From Burkholderiales bacterium (GTDB taxonomy: Bacteria > Pseudomonadota > Gammaproteobacteria > Burkholderiales > Ga0077523), in contig JAIEQG010000087.1 of assembly GCA_019747905.1 (NCBI GenBank), forward strand, positions 71,905 to 135,904: a DNA stretch of 64,000 nt, given 5' to 3'. The notes under the pieces were generated by a model. It worked only from the letters and a program-made list of their open reading frames with translations, was not told where the DNA came from and searched no databases. Within the stretch, counting starts at the first letter, position 1, and each line of letters starts with the position of its first letter. Made by a program: the position numbers and the translations under genes. Shown piece after piece: positions 19,901-31,900 of the stretch.

Positions 19901-22900
19901 CGGTGACCAACGGCGTCGTGGGCAGTGCCGCGGTTGCCTGGCGCAGCTACGACGACACGGCGCCGGGTGCCGTCCTCGGCAACATCGCGGTGCCCGGCCA
20001 GCGCGACCTGTACACGTTCAGCGTGTCTGCCGCGCAGCGGCTGTATCTCGATTCGCTGTACGACACCGATTTCACGTGGACCCTGACCGGCCCGCGCGGC
20101 ACGGTGATCGAGAACCGCCAGATGCGCTTCTCGAACTCCAGCGATCTGGGTGGGACCAACGGTGTGCTCGATCTCGTGCCGGGCGAGTATCGCCTCGCGA
20201 TCGACGCGGCCGGTGCCGCCACCGGCCGCTACGGCTTCCGCCTGCTCGATCTCGCGAACGCCACTCCGATCACGCCCGGCACGCCCTTCGGTGGCGCGCT
20301 CGATCCCGGGTCGTCGACCCAACTGTATCGTTTCGAAGGGACTGCGGGGCAGCGCGTCTATTTCGACCTGCAGACGCTCCAGGTGAACGACGGCATCTGG
20401 CGCCTGATCGATCCCTTCGGCGATCAGCTCATCTATACGGGCTTCGGCAACGACGTGGACGTCACCACGCTCGCCAACACCGGTACCTACACGCTGCTGT
20501 TCGAGGGGCGCCGGTACAACCTGGCCCCCAACGCGTTCACCTTCAACGTCCAGCCGGTCACCGATCGCACGCAGGCGCTCGCGATCGGGGCAACCATCTC
20601 GAGCACCATCGATATCGCCGGTCGCCGGGACATCTACGGCTTCTCGCTGACCGAGCGTCGCTCGCTGCTGATGGATGCGCTGGGCGGCGCGAACTTCAAC
20701 TGGACGTTACGCGGGCCCCTGGGAGACGTCGTGACGAGCCGGGCATTGCGCTCGTCCGATTCGAACACCGTAAGCGGTCCGGTGCTCGACCTGATCGCCG
20801 GCGACTACACCCTCACCGTCGACCCGGCCGCTGACGCCACCGGCAGCTACACCTTCCGGCTGCTCGATCTTGCCACCGCCACGCCGATCACCCAGCAGAC
20901 CGCCGGCGCACAATCGGTGGCCGGCATCCTGACACCCGGCAACGCCACGCGGATGTTCGCGTTCGACGCCGTCGCGGGCGACCGCGTGTTCTTCGACCAG
21001 CGCACCGTCACCGGCGGCTCGGCGTACTGGCGCCTGGTCGATCCTGGCGGCCGTCAGGTGTTCCTCTCGTTCTTCTCGGACGTGGCAGAGCGCACCCTGG
21101 CGCTCACCGGCCGCTATACGCTGCTGATCGAAGGCACGATCGACCAGACCGCCGATGTCACGTTCGAATTCAACGTCGAAGCGCGCGGCAACACGCCGCC
21201 GCCTGCCGTGGTTCCGAACGACATCGCGTTCGCCACGCTCGTGTCCAGCAACATCGCGGCCGCCGGCGAAGTCGACACCTACACCTTCACCCTGACCGAA
21301 GGCAAGCGCATCGTCTTCGACTCGCGCGCCGACGCGTTCTCGATGCTGTGGAGTCTCGAAGGGCCACGTGGTGCGGTCGTCGAGAACGTCCGCTTCTACA
21401 ACAGCGATTCTGCGCGGCTGGGCGTCGCCAACCCGGTACTCTCGCTCGACGCCGGCAACTACGTGCTGCGCGTGCGTGGCGAGTCGAACGTGACCGGTGC
21501 CTACGCTTTCCAGCTCCTCGACCTTGCGTCGGCCGCCGCGGTTACGTCGGGCCAGGTGGTCGACGGCACGTTGAACCCCGGCAGCGAAACCGACCTGTAT
21601 CGCATCGAAGGGTTGGCCGGCGAGCGCTGGTACTTCGACATGCAGCAGATCGCCAACCTCAACATGGCGTGGCGTCTGATCGGGCCGCTCGGTCAGCAAG
21701 TGGCCTATAGCGATCAGGGCAGCCTTCAAGCCCTCGACCTCGACGTGACGCTGCTGCAGACGGGCAGCTACGTCCTGCTGGTCGAAGGCCAGCCCTTCAA
21801 CTCGGCCGCGAACAACTATCGCTTCGTGGCACAGCGGGTCGCCGACGTGACCAGCGCCTTGACTCTCGGCGCGACGGTCAACGCGAGCATCGGCCAGCCG
21901 GGCGAGCGCGACACGTACACGTTCACGTTGGCCGACCGCAAGCAGGTGGTTTTCGATGTGCTCTCGGACATCGGATTCACCTGGACCCTCACGGGGCCGC
22001 GCGGCGTGGTCGTCAACGCCCGGTCGTTGCAGAGCACCGATGCGCAGGACTTCGGTTCGAACCCGGTGCTGGACCTGGTGGCAGGCACCTACACCCTGGT
22101 GATCGATGCTTCCGCCGATGCCGTCGGGACCTATTCCTTCCGCATGCTCGATCTAGCCGCGGCGGAGACGATCACGCCCGGGACGCCGCGCTCGGCGACT
22201 CTCAACCCGGGCAACGGCACGGCCATGTTCCGTTTCGACGCGGTGGCCGGCGAGCGCTATTACTTCGACATGCAGTCCTTCGCCAGCGGCAACGGTACCT
22301 GGCGGCTCATCGGACCGTACGGCGATTATCTGCTGACCAGTGGTTTCGCCAGCGACATCGACGTGACCACGCTCGTGTCCACGGGCACGCACACGCTGCT
22401 GTTCGAGGGCCGGCGCAACAACGGCCCGGCCTCCAGCATCGCGTTCACCTTCAACGTGCAGAAAGTGGTCGACGACACGCCTGTGCTGGCGCTGGGTACG
22501 ACCCAGAACGGTGCGATCGCTCACGCGGGCCAGCGAGACCTCTACACATTCACGCTGGCCGACCGCAAGCAGGTCGTCCTGGATGCGCTGTCGGACACGA
22601 GCTTCAACTGGACCCTGACCGGCCCGCGCGGGACGCTGGTCAACAATCGATCGCTGCAGAGCGTCGACGCCCAGGACTTCAACGGCAATCCCGTGCTCGA
22701 CCTCGTGGCCGGCGACTACGTGCTCGCCGTGGACGTGGGCGCGGAGACGACGGGCGCATATGCGTTCCGGCTGCTCGACCTCGCGATGGCCACGCCGATC
22801 ACCCCGGGCAGCCCCGTCACCGGCCAGCAACTGGTGCCCGGCAACGAGACGCGGATGTACCGCTTCGATGCCCAGGCAGGCGATCGCTTCTACTTCGATG

Positions 22901-25900
22901 CCCAGGCCACCAGCAGCGCGAACGGCCGCTGGCGCCTGATCAGTCCCTTTGGTGACCTGGTGTTCGAGCAAGCGCTCGGCACCGACGCCGAGATCTTCAC
23001 GCTGCCCAATGCCGGCGCCTACACGCTGCTGTTCGAAGGGCGCCGCAACAACGCGGCCACACCCATCACGTTCGCCTTCGCCGTGACGCCGGCGCCGGTG
23101 CGCGCGCCGCTGGCGCTCGACGGCCTGCAAGGCCAGCCCGGGCCGGATCTCGTTGCCACCGACGTCGAGGTGCTCGGGACCCTCGAATCGGGGCAGACTC
23201 TCACCGTGCGCTGGCTCGATCGCAACGCCGGTAACCTCGATGCCGGTATCAGCTGGCGCGATCGCGTGATCGTGCGCAACACCACGACCAACGAAGTCAT
23301 CGCGAACGTGCTGCTGCCGGTCACCATCGGCGGTGCGCAAGCGCCGTTGGCGCCCGGTCAGTCCCTGCAACGCGAGTTGGCGTTCGCGCTGCCGGAAGGG
23401 GCCCGCGGCGCCGGCAATCTGTCCGTGACCGTGACCGTCGACGTGGACAACGCGCTGGCCGAACAGAACGCGACCCAGACCGCGGAGAGCAACAACGAGA
23501 CCGCCATTTCGGTGACGAGCGTGCTGGCGACCTACGCCGATCTCTTGGTGGGCGGGCTGCAGGTGAATCCGCCCACGGCCTGGGCGGCGGGCGCTTCGGT
23601 CACGCTCTCCTGGCGCGTCGACAATTCCGGTACGCGCGCGGTGGATGCGGACTTCGTAGACGCGATCCAGGTCCGTAATCTCACCACCGGCGCGGTCGTC
23701 TACTCCACCAACCTGACCTACGACCCGGCGGTGCCGGGCAATGGCCCCATTGCGCCCGGAACCGGCCGCGACCGACAGCACACCTTCTCGTGGCCGACGT
23801 CGGGAGCCCAGGGCCTGTTCGAGTTCCAGGTGATCACCGATTCGGACGGCACCGTGTTCGAAGTGAACGGCACCGGCACGGGTGAGACCAACAACGCGAC
23901 CGCGCTCACCATCGCCTCCGCGCCTGACCTGGTCGTCGAGAACCTGCGGCTCGACCCGGGGCCGGTGGAATCCGGCGCGCTCCTGGTGCTGCGCTGGGAC
24001 GACGTCAACCTCGGTACGTTGCCCGTGGCGGCCAACTGGCGCGACCGCATCGAGGTGCTCAACACGCGCACCGGCGAGACGCTGCTGGTCTCCGACCTGC
24101 TGCACGATTCGGCTCCTGGAGTCGACGGCATGCTCGGTGCCGGCGAGCGCCACGCCCGTGCCTTCTCGTTCCGAGTGCCGGACGGTGCGCGCGGCGCGGG
24201 CTTGCTGCGAATCACGGTCACCGCCGATCGCACGGCCGCGAACGGTTCGGCCATCCTCGAGGCGAACACGGCGGGGAACGCCGAGGTCAACAACGCGGCC
24301 ATCGTCGAAGTCACCTCGGCCGAACGCGCGTATCCCGACCTGCGCGCGTACGACCTCAGTGCACCGCCGAACGCGCGGGGCGGCGACACGTTCCTGGTGA
24401 ACTGGTCGGTGGCGAACGACGGATCCGTGGATGCCGTCGGCGACTGGATCGATCGCGTCGTGTTGTCGCAGGACGCGATCTTCGGCAATGCCGACGATCA
24501 GGTGCTCGGCACGCGTACACGCACCGGCGGACTCGCAGCCGGCGCCTTCTACGACGCATCGCTGTCGGTGACGATCCCGACGCAGCTCGAAGGCAGCTTC
24601 AACCTGTTCCTGCGCTCGGACGCCACCGGCGTCGTGATCGAACCCGACACGCGCGCCAACAACGACACCGGGCCGCGCGCCGTCTCGCTGTCCACGCCGT
24701 TCGCCGATCTCGCCGTGGAAGCAGTGGCAGGGCCGCCCGCTGCGCCGTCCGGCAGCCGGCAGGACGTGACCTGGCGCGTGCGCAACGTCGGCGACACCGC
24801 GATCGCCGGGACGGCCACCTGGAAGGACCGCGTCTACCTGTCGCTCGACGATGTGCTCGACGCGGGCGATGTGCTGCTCGGTGATGCGGTCCGCAATGGC
24901 CCGCTCGCGGTTGGGGAGGCCTATACCAGCCGCACGACCGTCACGCTCCCGAATGCCATCTCCGGCGAATACCGGTTCATCGTGGTCTCCGACGTGGAGG
25001 CCCAGGTGTTCGAGCGTGGGCTCGAAGCGAACAACACCGGCGCAGCGTTGCTCGCAACGGCCGTGAGCGTGGCGCCATCGCCCGATCTCGCGGTCTCCGA
25101 CATCACCGTGCCGTCCACGGCGTTGACCGGTACCACGGTCCCGATCACGTGGAAGGTCACCAACATCGGTGAGGCCGCCGCGACCGGCACGTGGGTCGAT
25201 CGCATCTACCTGTCGCCGGACGGCACGCTCAACGGCGCGTCGCTCCTCACCACCGTGAATCGCCCCGTGCCGCCCGCCGGCCCGGAATCGCTCGCCGCCG
25301 GCGCGTTCTACACGGGTAGCGCCAACGTGGGGCTGCCGTCCATCGCCGATGGGACCTTCCGCATCGTGGTCGTGACCGACGCGGTGGGCCAGGTGTACGA
25401 GACCCTGCGGGAGGCGAACAACGAGGCGACGAGTACCACGACGTTGTCCGTTGTGCACAACGACCTCGAAGTGACACAGGTGACGGTACCGCCGACAGCG
25501 ACGTCCGCCGGCGTGCTCGACATTTCCTGGCAAGTGCGCAATGGGGGCTCGGCCGTCATCAGTCAACCCTGGGTCGATCGCATTTACCTGTCGCGCGACC
25601 AGTTGTGGGATGCGAACGATCGCCTCCTCACCGAGCGCGCCGGGCCCGGATCGCTGGCGGTGAACGCCACCTACGGCGGCAGCGTGAGCGTGACCGTGCC
25701 GGTCGAGGTGTCCGGCGACTGGTTCGTGCTCGTGCGCACCGATGCCGGCGGCACCATCGTCGAGTACAACGCGGAGAACGACAACGTCGGGACCGCGCCG
25801 CTCGCCGTTTCCCTCGCGCCCTACGCCGACCTGCAGGTCTCGAACGTCACCGCGCCCGCGCTCACCATCCAGGACCCGGCCCGGGTGACCATCGGCTGGA

Positions 25901-28900
25901 CCGTGACCAATGTCGGCACGGGTCTGGGCATCACCGATCGCTGGATCGACCGGATCGTCGCTTCGCGCGACGGTATCGCCGGCAACGGGGACGACATCAC
26001 GCTCGCTCAGTTCGAGCGAGCAGGCTTCCTTGCCGTGGGCGATCAGTACACCCGCAGCGAGAACCTGATCCTCGCGCCGCGCTTCTCCGGCCGTTACACG
26101 CTGTTCGTTATCAGCGACGCTGCCGGCACCGTGTTCGAGAACGCGCTCGAAACGAACAATGCCTCGGCGGCGCCGCAGCCGTTCGACGTGATGCCGGCGC
26201 CCTATGCCGACTTGCAGTTCGTGACCGCGTCGGTGGATGCCACGGCGGAGTCGGGCGGGACCTTCGACGTCTCGTGGCGGGTCGAGAACCGCGGCATCGC
26301 GCGCACCGACCAGGTGAGTTGGTCCGACTCCGTGTTCATCACGAGCGATCGCGAAGGCCGCAACGTCGTGTCCGGAGCGGGCGGATCCTTCGACCACCTG
26401 GGCGCTCTTTCTCCCGGGTTCGGCTACGACCGCACCGGGCAGGTCGCCGTCGACGACGGTCTGACCGGCACCTTCTACGTCTGGGTCAGGACCGGCGGAC
26501 CGTTCGAGTTCATCTACGACCAGGACAACACGACGTACGCCGGCCAGATCGTGATTTCTCTGGCGGCAAGTCCGAATCTGCAGGTGACCGACATCGTGGT
26601 ACCCACCGAGTCGCTCGAAGGCGAGCTGGTGGAACTCACCTGGACCGTGCGCAACACCGGCCAAGCCCGAGCCGAAGGGCCTTGGACCGATTCGGTCGTC
26701 ATGCGCAAGCTCGGCGGCGACACCACGGTCCCCCCCGTCTCCCTCGGCAGCTTCACGTATGCCGAAGGGTTGGACGTCAACACCTTCTATACCCGCACCG
26801 AGCGCATCCGGCTGCCGTCGAGGCTCGAGGGGGCGTGGCGGGTCGAAGTCACCACCAACCGGAACCAGTCGCTCTACGAGCACGGCGCGGCGGCCGCGGA
26901 CAACACCACGCAGGACGACACGGCGCTGCTGCTGTCGCTCAAGCCGCGCGCGGACCTGCAGATCGAGAGCCTGACCGGGCCCGATCGCGTCAGCGCCGGC
27001 GGCACGGTGTCGGTCACCTTCGACGTCGTGAACCGCGGACCGCTCGCCGCGAACGGGCGGTGGTTCGATGCCGTGTACCTGTCCCTCGACAACAAGCTTG
27101 GCGGGGACGACATCCTGATCGGGCGCATCCAGAACGGGTCGGCGCTGGAAGCGGTCGATGGCCGCTACTCGCAGGCGAGCAGCACGCTCACCATTCCGCT
27201 CAATTTCAGCGGCAGCGGCTTCCTGATCGGCGTGGCGGACATCGACAACGTCATCGACGAGTATCCGCGCGACGACAACAACGTGCTCGCGCGCGCCATT
27301 CTGGTCGATCCGCTGCCGCCGCCCGATCTCGTCATGAGCAACGTCGTGGCGCCCGATCAGGGCGTTTACAGCGGCGAGATCGAGGTGCGCTTCAGGGTGA
27401 CCAACAACGGGTCCGGCATCACCGATCGCGAGACCTGGAGCGACACCATCTGGCTCGCCCGCGACAAGACCCGTCCGACACCGGGCGGCAACGGCGGCAT
27501 CCTGCTCGGCACGTTCACCCACACCGGTCGCCTCGAAGTGGGCGAATTCTACGAGCGCACGGTGAAGGTCCGCCTGCCGTCGGTCATCGAGTCGGGTACC
27601 TACTACGTCACGCCGTGGACCGATGCGTTCAACGCGGTGGTCGAGACCAACTTCCCGCAGAACGTCAACCCGGACGACCCGTCCACACTCGACAGCAGCA
27701 ACTTCAAGGCACGGCGCATCGACGTCATCGGCAACCCGACGCCCGCGTTGCCGGATCTGATTCCGCTCGATGTGACCGCCGACCCGATCGGCTCCGTCGA
27801 CGGCCCGTTCACCGTGCGCTGGACCGTGAAGAACAACGCCGAGGGCGACGCGCCCGGCGACTGGTTCGACTACGTCTACGTGCACGACCAGCCGGACCTA
27901 TTCACTCCCGGAACGAAGAGCTGGCTGCTCGGTGCCGTCGGGCGGCCCCAAGGGCTCGCCTCGGGCGAGTCCTACGTGAGCAGTCTGTCGGTCGAGCTGG
28001 CGCCGGCCGTGAGGGCCCGCTACGTCACGGTGCTGGTGGACGCCGACCCCATCGTGCGCATCGTCGAGACCATCGAGACCAACAACTCGATGACCAGCAC
28101 GACCTCGATCGATACGCGCATCGCCGACCTACGCCTGGCGTCGGTGGAGGTCCCGGTGGGAGGGTTCTCCGGCGAAGAGATCGAAGTGCGCTGGACCGTG
28201 GTCAACGACGGCGGCGCCGTCTGGAAGGGCACCAGGAGTTGGCAGGACGTCATCTACGTGTCGCCGGACCCGGTGTTGCGTCCCGAGCGGGCGCTCAAGA
28301 TCGGATCCAAGACCTACGACAACAAGAACGGGTTCGCCGCGGGCGCTTCCTACACCGAGTCGCTCAAGGTCAGCCTGCCGCGCGGCATCGAAGGGCAGTA
28401 CTACATCTACGTCATGACCGACGATGCGCCGCGCCCCTCGCTCGACGTGAACCAGGGCGACAACACCCGGACCCGGGGCTTCTACAGCGGCCGGGTGTAC
28501 GAGGAAGCGTTCGACGCCCTCGACCCGCGCTCACTGAACAACCGCAACGTCGCCGGCATTCCGGTCATCTACCGCGAACCCGACCTGGTGGTCTCGACGC
28601 TCGTGACGCCGATCGATCCAGTCAACTCCGGCGACCTGATCAACATCCAGTTCACGGTCAGGAACGAAGGCAATCGGGCCACGCGCGAGGACTACTGGGT
28701 CGACCGCGTCTACCTGTCGCGCGACCCGTCGCTCGATTCGCGCGACCTCGAGCTCGGCACATTCATCCGTCGTGGCGGCCTGGCGGAGCAGGCGAGCTAC
28801 ACCCGGTCCCTGCAAACGCGTCTGCCTGACGGCGCATCCGGCCAGTGGTACATCATCGCCTACACCGACTCCGACGTCCGCGGCGCCACGCCCGCGGGCA

Positions 28901-31900
28901 GCGCGGCCGCGGCCGAGTTCTCGTTCGTGGGCCTGGCGGGCGACAGCGTCCCGGAGTTCCGCGGCGAAGGCAACAACATCACGTCGAAGGCCATCGACAT
29001 CGTTCTGCGCCCGGCGCCCAACCTGCAGGTGACCCGTGTGGAACCGGTGGAGCGCATGATCGCCGGCCAGTTCCTCGACTACTCCTACACGGTCACCAAC
29101 ACCGGTTCCGGTGCTACGCCACCGGAGCAGGGCGCCTGGGAGGACCGCATCTACCTGTCGGCCGACAACGTCCTCGACGTGAATGCCGACCGCTACGTCG
29201 AAACCGTCCGCCGCACCGGCGGCCTCGCGGCCGGCGCGCAGTACGAAGTCACGCGCTCGGTCCGGCTCTCGTCCGACATCGTCGGTGCCTACTACGTCTT
29301 TGTGCTCACGGATCCGAGCGAGCGGGGCTACCCGCGCGGCTATGTCTACGAGGGCGCCAACGAGACCGACAACGATCGTCCGTCTCCGCAGCCGGTGCTG
29401 ATCGAACTGCCACCCCCTTCGGACCTGGTGGTGGACCGGATCGTGGTGCCGGTGACCGGCATCGTGAACGGGCCGGTGAACATCGAGTATGTGGTGCGGA
29501 ACGACGGTGCCAATCCGGCGCAGGGCAGCTGGAGCGACGCAATCTACGTGTCGAGCGACGCCACGTGGGATCTGGGGGACCAATTGCTCGGGCGCGTGTC
29601 GCGCAGCGGTGGGCTGGCGGTGGGCGCTGAGTACACGGGCAGGCTGACCGCAACGTTGCCGCCCCTCAAGGAAGGCCAGTACCGCATCATCGTTCGGCCG
29701 GATATCTTCAACGAGGTCTACGAGGGCGTCGATGAACGCAACAACGCACGCGCCTCCAACGACACGCTGGCGGTGACCGTCGCCGAGCTGCCGCTCGGCG
29801 TCACCCTCGACACCACGCTGTCGGCCAACGAGTCCCGGCTCTACAAGGTGACGATCGGGGCGAACGAAACGTTGCGCGTGTCGCTCGACGCCCTCAACGA
29901 GGATTCGTCCAACGAGATCTACCTGCGCTACGGCGACGTGCCGAGCTCGGCCGAGTTCGACGCGACCTACGAGAATCCCCTGCAGGCCGACCAGATCGCG
30001 CGCATCCCCTCGACCCAGGCCGGCGACTACTACGTGCTGGTGCGCGGCAACGCGATCTCGGGCAGCAACGTGCCCATCAAGCTCAAGGCCGAGTCGTTGC
30101 CGTTCCAGATCACCGACGTCTACGAGGACCAGGGCGGCGACAGCCGCTGGGTCACCATGACCATCGAGGGCGCGCGCTTCAGCCCCGATGCGCTGGTGAA
30201 GCTGGTGCGGCCGGGCCTGAACGAGATCGAGCCGGTGCGCTACCAGGTGCTCAACGCCACCAAGATCATCGCGGTGTTCGATTTCCGCGAGCAGGAACGC
30301 GGCCTGTACGACGTCAAGGTGATCAACCCGGGCGGTGCCGAGGCGATCGTCGCCTACCGCTACCTCATCGAACGAGCGCTGCCGATCGACGCGACCATCG
30401 GCCTCGGCGGACCGCGCGTGGTGTCCGCCGGCGACACCGGGCTGTACGGCGTCTCGCTGCAGAGCCTCACCAACGTCGACACGCCCTACGTGTACTTCGA
30501 GTTCGGCGCGTCCGAGATGCTGGAGAACTGGTACGTCTACAACCTGCCGTACGTCAACTTCAACTCCAACGTCGGCGGTCGGCCGGACGGGTTGCGCGAC
30601 GACGTGCCGTGGTCCGACCTCGATTCCGAGATCAACACGCGCGGCTGGTCGATCACGTCGGGCTACGCCCTGGATCTCGCCAACGGCGGTTTCTCAGGGG
30701 CCAGCTTCACGGTGCAGACCTACGCGGGCCTGAAGGCGATGATCGACAAGGATCCGGAAGGCGTGCGCCGGGCGCTCGCCGACGCACGCCCCGAATGGAT
30801 CGCGGACGGCTCGTTCGAGGCGCGCATCGCCCCGCTGATCGCGCTCGCCAGCGACCCGTCTGCCCAGATCCCCGAACCCTGCAAAATCCCGTTCATCCCG
30901 TTCCGCTTCAACGTGTACGCCGCGGCCACACCGATGACTCGCGACGAGTTCGTCGCGCGCCACACGGCGCAGGCGCTCGCGCTGCGCACGGCGGTGCTGG
31001 CGGACAGCCAGGCGACCGTGGCACTCACCAACCTGGCGGCCGACGAGGAGACCTGGGTGCAGAGCTACCTGGGCGCCCTCGAGGAAGCGGGCCTGTTGCG
31101 GCCGGAGGACGAAGCTCCGCCCATCCGCGAGAGTGCCAAGGTGATCTCGACGATGGCCGTACTTTCGTCCGGCGTGCTGATCGGGCCGGCGGGTGCGGTC
31201 TACCAGTCGCAGGGCAGCCTGCTCGATTTCTTCGACGCCGTGCACGCGTGGTACGGGGACGACCGGCGGGTAGCCGCGCCCATCGCCGGCTTCGACCCGC
31301 GGGAATGCGACGGCCTCGAAGGGGTGATCCCGATTCCCGAGCTGCCGATGTTCGAGGACTACGACCTGGGACTGTCGCGTCCGACCTATTTCTCGGCGTT
31401 CGACATCTTCTCGCCCTACGGCAACGCCACCGGACTCGACAACTTCGCCTCCACCATCGGTTCGAGCAATCTGACGCTGCTCGAACTGCAGCAGTTGTTC
31501 GACGCGGCGGCGCAGGAGCGCACACTCGCCTCGATCAGCGGACCGCAGGGGTATGGGGTTGATCAGTTCCTCCCGGTCGCCGAGGCGCTCCCCTATACGA
31601 TACGGTTCGAGAATCCGTCGGATTCCTCGGGGCCGGTCTCCGAGATTCGCATCGTGTCCGAGCTGGATGCGTCGCTCAACGCCCGTAGTTTCCGTCTCGG
31701 CAGTCTCAAGATCGGCGACCTCAATATCCCGATCCCGGAAGGGAGTGCCAACTTCCAGCGCGACTACGATCAGTACGTCGCGTCGCGCGGCTTCGTCCTG
31801 CGCGTTTCCGCCGGCGCCGATCCGACCAGCAACACCGCCACCTGGCTCCTGCAGGCGATCGATCCGGAGTCGGGGGAGGTGCTGCGCGACGGCTTGCGCG

